A stretch of 64,000 bases of DNA. Origin: Paraspadella gotoi. Lineage: Eukaryota > Animalia > Chaetognatha. Location of the stretch: assembly GCA_051294375.1 (NCBI GenBank), contig CM119268.1, positions 554,415 through 618,414 on the forward strand, written 5' to 3'. The translations under genes were made by a program, and so were the position numbers. Numbering within the stretch: the stretch's first letter is position 1; each line of letters opens with the position of its first letter. Under the pieces are notes generated by a model. It was not told the origin of the DNA. It ran no database searches and saw only the letters and a program-made list of their open reading frames with translations. Shown piece after piece: positions 49,001-59,824 of this stretch.

Positions 49001-51632
49001 AATCCCCCATTATATTAATTGAATTTAATTTACAATAATTTTCTTAATTCATGAATTAACTAAAAAATAATATAATGGAAGATCTGGGTATCGATCCCAG
49101 TACTTCTTTTGCATGCTAAGCAAGACTCTACCATTTGACTAATCCCCCAATATATTAATTGAATTTAATTTACAATAATTTTCTGTAATCTGAATTAACT
49201 AAAAATAATATAATGGAAGATCTGGGTATCATCCCAGTACTTCTTGCATGCTAAGCAAGCGCTTCTACCATTTGAGCTAATCCCCAATATATTAATTGAA
49301 TTTAATTTACAATAATTTTCTGTAATCATGAATTAACTAAAAATAATATAATGGAATATCTGGGTATTGATCCCAGTACTTCTTGCATGCTAAGCAAGCG
49401 CTCTACCATTTGAGCTAATCCCCCAATATATTAATTAAATTTAATTTACAATTAATTCTGTAATCATGAATTAACTAAAAATATATAATGGAAGATCTGG
49501 GTATCGATCCCAGTACTTCTGCATGCTAAGCAACGCGCTCTACCATTTACTAATCCGCCAATATATTAATTGATTTAATTTACAATAATTTTCTAATCAT
49601 GAATTAACTAAATAATATAATGGAAGATCTGGGATTAATATATTGGGGGATTAGCTCAAATGGTAGAGCGCTTCCTTAGCATGCAATAAGTACTGGGATC
49701 GATACCCGGATCTTCCATTATATTTTTTTTAGTTAATACATGATTACAGAAAATTATTGTAACTTAAATTATATAATTATATTGGGGGATTAGCTCAAAT
49801 GGTAGAGCGCTTGCTTAGCATGCAAGAAGTACTGGGATCGATACCCAGATCTTCCATAGTATTATTTTTAGTTAATTCATGATTACAGAAAATTATTGTA
49901 ACTTAAATTATATTAATATATTGGGGGATTAGCTCAAATGGTAGAGCGCTTGCTTTGCATGCAAGAAGTATTGGGATCGATACCCAAATCTTCCATTATA
50001 TTTTTTTTTAGTTAATTCATGATTACAGAAAATTATTGTAACTTAAATTATATTAATATATTGGGGATTAGCTCAAATAGTAGAGCGCTTGCTTAACATG
50101 CAAGAAATACTGGGATCGACACCCAGATCTTCCATTGTATTATTTTTAGTTAATTCAAGATTACAGAAAGTATGAAAGTTAATACTTATAATATCTATTT
50201 TAATGGGCTTGTCATGACACTAAAACGAAGATTTTAAATTAATTTAAAATTAATTAAAGATTTTAAATTAATAAAAATTAAATGATTTTAAAAAACAATC
50301 AAAATTAATGATAATCATTGTTATCAATCACTCAATCAATCAAATCACCCGTAGACAAAATCTCCCTCGGCGACGACGACGAAAACGACGCCGACGAAGA
50401 CGACGACGACGCCAAACCCCGCCAGCGTCCCGTGAGCAGCGGACGCCGCTCCGCAGCCACTGCCGCTGCTGTCGGTTCCACGCCAACTAAACCGGAAGTG
50501 ACGCCCGATGAAGAGCGAGACGCTTAGGAAGAAGACGAAGAAGACGACTCCCGTGGAAGAATGGAGACAGAGTCGCCAGTCGATCGAGAGAGGGAGCTGG
50601 AGGAAGGAAACAGGCCATTGTACAAATATGACTCAAATAAACATTTAAGGCCTTTTAGTACTTTACATTCCTACCAAATATGAACTTAATTGATGCGATT
50701 TTAATCGAGCAATGGGCATTTAAAATGTAAGTGGGACAGACCATGCTTCCGGTCATTTTACCAGATCATTGAGTTGACCTTTTCTGACCAGTCTTTTCAC
50801 CGTTCTTGTCGCTTTCTCGTGGTTTTCTTTCGGCCGAAAACCTCGTCACTTGTTATTCGATCAGAATCGTTTCTCTGGAAAAGATCGGCCGTATGGAACC
50901 GAAGTCTTTACGGAATCCAAGGATTTTCTTCAGAAATTTATTGAACGGCACTTATTTCGCCATTTATTTACTTCTACAAAAATAAACGTTTTCTCCAGAC
51001 CGAAACAAATGAAATAGCGACTTTTTGAGTTTCTTCGCGATTTATGAATAAAACTATCGCGTCATTAAAATTAATCATTTAAGAAATAAGACAATTAGGA
51101 TATTATTTTGACTTATATTAACCGAAATAGGCCATTATTATATATTTTAATTACTTAAATACACCGACAGACAGCCTGTCCAACGGGTGACTCAAAGAGT
51201 TGCAATTTAAAATCTAACCATTAACCACGGATTCATTCTACCAATTAACCATTAACCATTAACTATTAAACATTACAACTCACGCTGTAATTCCTAGCGA
51301 GGTTGAAGTTGATCTTGGGCGACACCACCTCCACCCCTGTCTCCGACTCTCCCTCCATCCCTGCGCTTGAATTTCCTCTCGAAAACAAAAGAACAAATTC
51401 TTTGGATTCGTCGAAAGGAAAAAGGCGATCGTGGATTTTGTCCATTTCGAACTCGGTCTGGTCGTCACCGTAGCGGGTCTTGTCGGCATCGTAGCGGGTC
51501 TTGTGGGTCTCGAAGTCGGTTTTGTCGGCGAGGCGACGATCGCGCGCGAATTCGCAGTCAACGACTCCGACTTTTTTGTCGGCTTCGTGAGGGGATGGAA
51601 TCTGGAGGGGCAAAGACATTGATTGATTGATA

Positions 51633-51704
<72 letters not shown>

Positions 51705-51832
51705 AAAATTAATTAATATTTTTGGTTAGAGATTATCAATGGTTATTTAATCGGGTCCCTTAATTTGTGTGTTATGTGTAATGTGTTAATGTGTGAACTC
51801 TCACATTTTGGAGCATGACAAATCAAATCAAA

Positions 51833-51865
<33 letters not shown>

Positions 51866-51866
51866 C

Positions 51867-51898
<32 letters not shown>

Positions 51899-54800
51899 GC
51901 CCCTGGTCTTAACCTGGAAAGCGCGGCCGTGTAGGTCCATGAATCCTGGGCTTACATCGTCGTCGTCATCGTACGATTGGTGCATCCAAACGACGTCGCT
52001 CGCTCTGGCGGAATAAAGAGAAACAAAAAGAAAGAGAATTTTTTTAATTTAATCGTGGCGGTTTAGCTCAATCGGTAGCTCCCTTGCTTCCCACGCCCCA
52101 GGTCATGGGAACGATACCCAGATCTTCCTATGATCTTTTGTTTCAATTAATTTATTATCATAGCAATCTCGATTTATGAAAAAAAAGATTGATTTTTCAC
52201 AACGAATTTTTATTATTATTACTGACTTGTTTCGAATAGTGTTTCTAACAAAGGGCTGAAGGAAAGTTGACAAGTAGGGTAAGTACAGCTAAAGTTTTAG
52301 ATCAGAATGGCAGCCCTACCTTCTCAGCAGAGAAGAGGAGGGCAGGCTGTAGGGGTGACAGGTCTTGTTGACATAAGGGTCTCGTTGGGTCTCATCCCTG
52401 ACACCACCCGGTCTCAAACCAATGATGATCCTAATGACCAGCATTTGACCCTCATATGATGGCCCACTTTTTCAATTTCACTTTCACTTTTAATAATCAA
52501 ACTAAAACTATAATTTATTTAATTTATTTGTTGTTGTTATTCTTTCATCCATTTTAGTCTAAACTTTTATTAGTTATACGATATTGCAATATAAATTTTA
52601 AAATTTTTAATCTCTGTGTTGCATTTTCTTCTTTGACCTTTCATTTTCTTTTTATCCTTAATTTTGACCTAAAACTTCAGCTGTGATCACCCTCTTTTTG
52701 TCAAGTTTCTCTCAGCCCTTTGTTTGAAACTTTATCAGTTATTTATGTAGCGGGATTAGCTCAGATGGAAGAGCGCTTGCTTAGCACGCAAGAAGTACTG
52801 GGATCGTCTTAGCATGAGAGAGGTACCGGGATCAATCTCAGGACATTAAATTAATTTTTAGTTTAATTCCTTTTTTTTTCCTTTGCCTCTTCCAGTCACC
52901 CACTGACTTACCTTTCTTTTTCTCCTCCTCCTCCTCCTCCTCCTCCTCTCACACATTCCACCACTAAATCACCACCAATCTCTTCGTCCTCCGAAATTCT
53001 CATCTTCACAAATCCTTCAGTCAAACTCTGCAGACGAAACTGGACGAGCGACTCCAGAGTCAAAAAGGCGAGAAAGAATTGACAGGGCTGCCCCGAGGAG
53101 GCTGTGGAAAGCCTCTCGGGCACGGAGAAGTCGTAAGGGCCGTCTACCGCGCCGTACGGGCCAGAGGGCGGCTCTACGGGCTCGCAGCCTGGCGGATGTC
53201 TAAAGGAACCCCACGGAGACGGATTGGAAGGCCGTCCCGGTTCGACGGAAGTGGGCGTGGCTGAAGGAACGACGTCCACGGACCCAAAGCCGGAAAAGAA
53301 GAAAGGAGGCGTCCATGTCGCGGCGTCGAAATTTGCCGGCGACATGGGCGGCGTCGTTGTGGTTGTGGACGATTTTGTGGTCGTCGTTGTGGTGGACGGT
53401 GGAGTCGTCGTTGTGGTCGTCGTTGTGGTGGACGGTGTAGTCGTCGTTGTCGGTTTAGTTGTGGTCGTCGTTGTGGTCGTTGTTGTGGTCGTCGGTTTCG
53501 TCGTGGTTTTTTGTGTTGTGCTCCTTGGGGTTGTGGTTAAGGTTGTGGTTGTGGTTATCGCTGTGGGTTCAGGCGTCGTGATTCTTTGATAAACTCTGAA
53601 AAAAAATGAAATAAGAATTTGTAACCTGACAGGTTTAATGATAAATTAATCATCAAAAAATTAATTAATGATAAATTATTAATTGTCAATTATTATGAAT
53701 TATTAATCATTAAGGCGTAGTAAAATTTATAAATTTAACTTTAATTAAAATTCTAAAAGTGAGGAACGAACAACATTATACTAATGAACATTTATGTAAT
53801 AAAAAAATTTATAATAAATTTTACAATTTACGCAGTAGGCCATATTTATACTAGTACTAAACCAATAAATGTTAAAATTTCAAAACCGTTTTTTCTAAGA
53901 TTTTTTTGCAGATTTGGATTCGTCATAAAAAGTTGATAAAAAGAAATATAACTCTTTTTGAAAAATTCCTTCATTAAGTGGGTCAAAAATTAGAAAAAGC
54001 TATATTTTAAGCTGAAAATTAACTTTTTATATATTAAATATAGTTTTTTTAATTTTTAACCCACTTAATGAAAGAATTTTTAAAAATGATTTATATTTTC
54101 TTTTATCAACTTTTGACGAGGAATTCAAATCTGCAATCAAAATTAAGAAAAGCCTATTTTGAATTTTTTTGATTTTATAAGGATAGTACTATATATAAAT
54201 ATAGCCTACTTTGAAAATTAAAGAACAATTTTTTTTTTTACAAATTAATGTTTACTGATGGTATGTTGTTCATAATTGACTTTTAGAATTTTCGTATGTA
54301 ACTTTCACTACGCCTTATTAATCATCAATTATTCAATCAATTATAAATCAATTAATGAAGTTAATTTCGAGCCGAAAGATCCGTTTTAACTCCTGACGTC
54401 GACCTGTCCGCTTAAAACTTCTGAACAGAAGCCAACCACTTGAAACCTTCGAAACTTTGACATGGAAGACAGCTGACCGCTCAAGACTCTAGACCTGGAG
54501 GAGAGCTGACCGCTTGAGACTCTAGACCTGGAGGAAAGTAACCCCCTTGAGACTCTAGAACTAGAGGAGAAATGACCGCTTGAGACTCTAGACCTGGAGG
54601 AGAGCTGCTCGCTTGAGACTACACACCTGGAGGAGAGCTGCCCAACCCAAAATGTTTCATAGTCGACGACGACAGAGACGATGAAAACAACATCTCCTTC
54701 AAGGGTGGAAGGGGCCGTCCAGAGGGCCTGGATGAAGGTGTGATTTTACAATTTTTTTTTCTTTTTTCCCCCTGTTTTTCTTATTCTTTTCAACCAACTG

Positions 54801-57017
54801 AAATCCTTCTTCCTACACCTGTATCTCCCTTTCCTTCTTCCTCCCTTTCCTTCTTCCTCCTTTCCTTTTTCCTCTATCTGTAACTCCCTTTCCTTCCCTC
54901 CCTTTCATTTTTCCTCCTCCTGTATCTCCCTTTCCTTCTTCCTCCCTTTTCTTTTTCCTCTATTTGTATCTCCCTTTCCTTCTTCCTCCCTTCCTTTTTC
55001 CTCCACCTGTATCTCCCTTTCCTTCTTCCTCCCTTTACCTTTTTTTCATCCACCTGTATCTTCCCTTTTCCTTCCTCTCCCAGTCCTCTCTTCTTTATTC
55101 TCTTCCACCTGTATCTCTCTCTTTCCTTCTTCCTCCATTTCCTGTTCTATCCACGCTGTATTCTGTTCGCCCTTTGCTCGTGCTTCTCTCCGCTTTCCTC
55201 TTTTTTCTCTCTATTCCCCAACCTGCTATCCTTTTGGTCTTCGACCGATCTTCCTGGCTCGCTTTCTCTTTCTTTATCTTCGACCCTTATCCACTCATAT
55301 GTGTTGCTTCAATATACTCTCTTTCTCCCCCTTTCGTGATTCTACCATCATTCCCTTTTTTCTTCTCTTCACCGCTTCTGCTCCTTCCTATTGCTGTTTT
55401 TCCTCTCATAGCTCCCGTGGGTAATTCTCCTCTTATCCTGTGGCTTCCTCCTACCTTCTTCACTTTTTTCTCCACCTGTGTTTGGCCACATATTATCCTT
55501 CGCCGCTTACCTTCCCTCATCTTCCGTCCTCGTTATCCTTATTTCTTCTCCTGCCGAACGTCGTATCCCTGGATCCCCCCTTTCCTTTTCATTCCTTCGC
55601 TTCCCCTTTTCCTTTTTCTCCGCCCTCGCTCACGCTTGTAGTTGCACCTCCTTCCTTCTCCTCCTCTTTCCTTTTTTCCACCTGGTATCATCCCTTTCTA
55701 TTTCTGTTCCTTTTCCCGTTTTTCCTCCGACCTTGATCTCGCTTTTACCTCTTGTTTTCCCCGACGATCGAGACCGCAGTCGCTCGTTTTCCTTGTCCCT
55801 CCCCCTAAAAAGTATCGCGTTATGTGACTCCTGTAAGCTTGCGAGCTGCTCGACACTTATAGCGTTCTCGCACCAGGAGTGCCGTACGGCATTCTTCGCA
55901 TCGCATGTTCTCGAAGTGTCCTCGCGGGTCACGGAGATTGGATCAGCCCTCTGCGAGCTGTAGCGAAGAGGGTAATGAGGAGCAAGGGAGCTGTGGGCTG
56001 GGCGGATGAACGCTCTCTCACGGTCTCTATGCGCATGACGCACCATCCGCTGCGGGTTTCCTAGCGGTGGATCTGTATAAAGTAGACGCGTTCGAGCCTC
56101 TATGCCTAAGGATACAGGTCTTGCGTATCGCCGCGGTGGGCCACGGAACGATCCAGCCCTCGATAGGCAACGAGGACAGAATAGACCGATGTCGATGAGG
56201 GGAGAGAAGACGATGCGCTGCGTCGCTGCGATGCGCGAAGTCTGGACGGGACACGAGTAGGGGTGGAGTGGAGGAAGGGTAAGGAAAAAAGCCCGAAGGA
56301 TAGGTGAAGGGAGAGGGATCAAGAGAGGGGGAGAAGGAGCGGGAAAAGGGAAGGAGATATGGAAGGGAGGGGAGAGGAAGGAACTAGGAGGGAGAGAGAG
56401 AGGGGGAAGGAGGAAATAGAGGGGGAGAAGCAGGGGGAGGAGAAGAAGCAAGAGGGGAGAAAGGAGAGGGAGAAGAGGAAGCGGGAGAGAAGAACGAGGG
56501 AGAGAAGGGGAGGGGGGGAAGGGGGGAGAAGGATAAGGGAGAAGAGGAGGGGGAGAAAGCGAGTGGAGTAAGTGAGAGGGGAAGAAATAAGTAAAGGAGG
56601 AAGAAAAAAAAGGAATAGAAAATAAATGAAATAAAATTATTTGCATTATAAAATTATTACACAAATTATAACAGTAAAAATTCTTTATTTGACATTTTTT
56701 TTAAATTCAAACTCAAATTCAAATTCAAAACAAGATCTAAATTATTTTGTCGACAATCGACAAAAAAGTATAATTCCTTAATCTTTTAGCTTAAATCTTT
56801 TCGATTTATTTTTTTGGTCACTCGAAAAAGACACCAGAAAAAAACCAAAAACTTTCATATAAACTTTGACAGAAAATCCCAAAGTTGTCAATTTCAAAGG
56901 AGACAAATAAGAGACAAGGTGTGAAGATTCTCTCCTTCAAAAGCGATGAAAACAAAAGGGAAAGAGAGAGAGAGAGAGAGAAAGAGAAGAGACAGAGACT
57001 AATAAGAGACAAGGTGT

Positions 57018-57071
<54 letters not shown>

Positions 57072-58704
57072 ATCACGATCAAGAGATTCCAAATTGTTTA
57101 CTTACCAACTCAAAAAGAATATATAGTGAAAATTGTTGAATGAAATTCGTTATAGGCAAGTGATTAATTATTTAATGTATGCAAGTTCAAAAAGTATTAG
57201 CTTAACTTGTATCAAGGTTGGAAACAAATCTGTATGTTGATGTCAATAAAAAATAAACTTTTATTTACTTTTATTAAATACTTTTTTTGCTGATCTAAAA
57301 TTCTCATCTGATATTTGTTACACTTTCATATTTAAATGTCAATACAGTAATGTCTTTTTATGTGCTCCCTTTCTGGCTTCCAAAATTAGCCCTCGCCTGT
57401 TAGACTTAAACCTTCGGCAATAGAAGTCAGGAACGTTATTTTTTGATCAGACTTATTTGTCTGGCCTAAATGACTAGATAATTGGGCCTTTTTTATCTAT
57501 CTGACCTAAAAGTCAGCCAAGCAAAGGCCAGCCTTTCAACTTACTTTTCTGGCCTGAATGTAAAATCCTTTGAAGTAAATTCCGGAGACGTTGAGTCCAG
57601 AGTCACGTGACCCCAAATCCCGTGAGTCTGTCTTTGCGAAGAGACCCACTTTTAATTTGGCGCCTGAAAAAAAGGAAAAGACCCACTTTTAATTTGGCGC
57701 CTGAAAAAAAGGAAGAGACCCACTTTTAATTTGGCGCCTGAAAAAAAGGAAGAGACCCACTTTTAATTTGGCGCCTGAAAAAAAGGAAGAGACCCACTTT
57801 TAATTTTGCGCCTGAAAAAAAAGAAGAGAACCACTTTTAATTTCGCGCCTGAAAAAAGGAAGAGACCCACTTTTAATTTGGCGCCTGAAGAAAAGGAAGA
57901 GACCCACTTTTAATTTGGCGCCTGAAAAAAAGGAAGAGACCCACTTTTAATTTGGCGCCTGAAAAAAAAGGAAGAGACCCACTTTTAATTTGGCGACTGA
58001 AAAAAAGGAAGAGACCCACTTTTAATTTGGCGCCTAAAAAAAGGAAGAGACCCACTTTTAATTTGTCGCCTGAAAAAAAGGAAAAACTAGGATAAATTTG
58101 GGGTAAAAAAATTAAAAGGTAAATTGAAAGACAATAAATGAAAAAAAATCATTAATAAAATTAGAAATATAGAATAAATTGTAAAAAAATAAATAAATGA
58201 ATAAAACAAAATACCTACCTATAAAATAAAATATAACAAGTAAAATATAAATATAAGATTTTTTTTAAAAATAAGTTTAAAAATGTAGCAGTCGTCTTTA
58301 AGCCACAATTTGTACTTTAAAATATTGAATGAAGCTGTTTTACAATCTTCTAATTAAGTGTAATGCCTCAGACCGTTGAAGTTTTATTTTTTTCTCAACA
58401 AAAATTTATTTGACCTAATTTCATGTTTTATCGGCGACGGCAGATTTTTTTCCTTTTATTTTCTTTTTTTTTCTCTTTTTTTTTCTTTTGGTTCGACGTG
58501 ATAAAGCTAAAATCCGCCCAGAGTAAACAAAGAAAATGTAAACAAAGAAAATGTAAACAAAAAACGTGAGTAAACAAAAACAAAGGAGCATCTTTTTTTT
58601 AAAAGTTAACCGATTATTTCTGGGACGAGAAGCGGTCAGTCATTTGGGCAAGTCATCGATGCAACATTCCTCGCTGCGTTATTAAGAACTATTACTCACT
58701 TAAC

Positions 58705-58794
<90 letters not shown>

Positions 58795-59001
58795 CTCACC
58801 GGTTTCGAATATCTGATGCGACACGGCCAGGTTGAAGGGCATCTTCCCAGCTCGAGGAGCGTAACCGTGACTCGGGATCATCGTCTTGCAAAATCTCTCG
58901 CTGGTCGATGGACCCGTGGAATAAGGGGAGACCAGGGGGAGGAGGAAGAGGAGGAAGAGGAGGTGCAAAGGGGTTGGAGGCAGATGAGCAACTTTCCACA
59001 T
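37409..59001 (-). CDS. FRRS1: Ferric-chelate reductase 1-like protein: signal peptide, Reeler, Thr-rich mucin stalk, DOMON, cytochrome b561, C-terminal TM
   Basis: Exons 58800-59001 (YSTGP..CKTMIPSHG), 57545-57663 (YFKGFYIQAR), [exon missing in noisy 54.8-56.6 kb], 54627-54727 (LWTAPS..VVF..TFW), 52912-53595 (Thr-rich, then ISEDEEIGGDLVVECV), 51914-52004, 51284-51601 (VDCEFAR..FVLLFSRG), 50349-50596 (CLHSS, AAHGT), 39444-39681 (LHSILG, LHRFSG), 38703-38901, 37409-37596; phases match and four b561 His are present. Confidence 0.8.
37620..38430. repeat. 28-bp intronic minisatellite, ~29 units
   Basis: Unit CAAAAAGAAGGATAGACTGACAGACAGA just upstream of the last FRRS1-like exon; source of the spurious long ORFs. 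Confidence 0.9.
39806..41505 (-). tRNA. Tandem array of tRNA-Ala(AGC), ~12 complete 139-bp units, ending in a gap
   Basis: Minus-strand unit GGGGGATTAGCTCAAATGGTAGAGCGCTTGCTTAGCATGCAAGAAGTACTGGGATCGATACCCAGATCTTCCA folds as a cloverleaf with AGC anticodon and G3:U70; 66-bp AT-rich spacer contains a T5 terminator. Confidence 0.92.
41532..44400 (+). pseudogene. Inverted partial copy of FRRS1-like exons (mucin 3' part, DOMON, b561 N-half)
   Basis: Reverse complement of ~50300-53209 with scattered 1-2 nt indels; begins at a gap; probably an assembly fold-back. Confidence 0.6.
44564..49632 (-). tRNA. Tandem array of tRNA-Ala(AGC), ~36-37 units
   Basis: Same 139-bp unit as 39806-41505; many single-base indels typical of uncorrected long-read sequence. 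Confidence 0.9.
49645..49856 (+). tRNA. Two tRNA-Ala(AGC) units in opposite orientation
   Basis: GGGGGATTAGCTCAAATGG...TCTTCCA at 49645-49717 (mutated anticodon stem) and 49784-49856. Confidence 0.8.
49923..49995 (+). tRNA. tRNA-Ala(TGC) variant in the array
   Basis: Anticodon arm CTTGC TT TGC AT GCAAG; compensatory T-stem TTGGG/CCCAA; same variant in the mirror arm at ~44691-44764. Confidence 0.8.
50063..50134 (+). tRNA. Ala-body tRNA with AAC (Val) anticodon, possibly a pseudogene
   Basis: Anticodon arm CTTGC TT AAC AT GCAAG; D-loop GG changed to AG; mirrored at ~44564-44630. Confidence 0.55.
52057..52129 (+). pseudogene. Degenerate tRNA-Ala-related copy in another FRRS1-like intron
   Basis: GGCGGTTTAGCTCAATCGGTAG...GGGAACGATACCCAGATCTTCC shares its 3' end with the array unit; mirrored at 42608-42680. 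Confidence 0.6.
52238..52735. mobile_element. MITE with ~60-bp imperfect TIRs
   Basis: AACAAAGGGCTGAAGGAAAGTTGACAAGTAGGGTAAGTACAGCTAAAGTTTTAGATCA vs inverted TGACCTAAAACTTCAGCTGTGATCACCCTCTTTTTGTCAAGTTTCTCTCAGCCCTTTGTT; mirrored at 42010-42495. Confidence 0.55.
52750..52846 (+). pseudogene. Chimeric degenerate tRNA-Ala(AGC) (about 1.5 copies)
   Basis: GCGGGATTAGCTCAGATGGAAGAGCGCTTGCTTAGCACGCAAGAAGTACTGGGATCG fused to CTTAGCATGAGAGAGGTACCGGGATCAATCTCAGGA; mirrored at 41893-41988. Confidence 0.65.
53711..54317. mobile_element. MITE with TAAGGCGTAGT(A/G)AAA TIRs
   Basis: 5' TAAGGCGTAGTAAAA and 3' TTTCACTACGCCTTA; interior similar to 20236-20755. Confidence 0.75.
54468..54640 (-). repeat. 33-bp tandem repeat (~5 units) of a Reeler exon end plus donor
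   Basis: Minus-strand unit CAGCTCTCCTCCAG|GTCTAGAGTCTCAAGCGGT; first unit is the coding end (QLSS R). Confidence 0.85.
57640..58085 (-). repeat. 38-39-bp tandem repeat (~12 units) of a 3' splice site plus exon start
   Basis: Minus-strand unit TTCCTTTTTTTCAG|GCGCCAAATTAAAAGTGGGTCTC; the last unit continues into the Reeler exon (GAKLKVGLFAK). Confidence 0.9.
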
Positions 59002-59824
59002 TTTGCGCGCGAATTTCGAAGCGGATTTTGTTTTAGTTTGATAAATAAATAAATAAATAAATTATTTAATACATGAGGCACAGATCTCGGATGCGGGTGT
59101 AAATTCAAATGATTCGATGAATACGAATATTATTTTAATCACTTGATCAATTATGCTTTGTTTTTGCGAATGTTAAAGTTAGGAGTTTTTTTGTTTTGTT
59201 TTGTTTTTTTTGTTGTTTTTTTGGAAAGATCTTTTTTGTAGTTTTGATCCAGAATTGTCAACTTTTGCTTAATTTTAAAACTGAAGTTCGAATGTTTGTT
59301 TCTTCCTTTTTTTAGTCAAACGTTAAAAAAAAGGTAAAAAATTATACTAATTTTCAGTTTTTATCTTTTTTTTCGGTCATTTCGCGGTTTTTAGATCCGA
59401 AAAAAGACAAATAATTTTTGTCGAGTTTTGTCTTTCGTTTCTTTTCCTTTTTTTCTCTCTCATTCTCTTTTTAGTTGCGACGCGATTACTCGCGGAACAA
59501 CTCTATACGTCACTTTTTGGTCAGTCTGTCTGTCTGTCGATTGGTCAGTCTGTCGGTCTGTTGATCGGTTGGTCTGTCGGTCGGCATGTCAGTCCATCGT
59601 TAAAAATGCATATAATTCGCCTACAGTTGGTTGGTCATTTGATAAGACAGAAAAAACCTTAAAATCTTAATGACTGCTAGCGCCGCCTTCAGAAAATCCT
59701 AAAACTATGAGGAATAAAAGTCATGACATGTTATGTTATATCATGTCATCACAGGAAACGGATTGATTGTGTAGCATGTCTCGCTTGTCTCGCTTTTCTC
59801 GCTTGGCTTTTCTGCCTTTTCTTC

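Noticed and set aside
39750-49632. CRISPR-like regularly spaced repeat
   Set aside because: Spacers are identical rather than unique, the unit folds as tRNA-Ala, and the context is eukaryotic with no cas genes
54800-56664. Long pyrimidine/purine tract pair with 225- and 344-aa ORFs
   Set aside because: Low-complexity noisy sequence where a Reeler exon is expected; probably garbled intron and exon sequence
58696-58799. Poly-Ile tract in the Reeler protein
   Set aside because: (ATT)n lies after the G|GTGAGA donor at 58799, which splices in phase to the next exon
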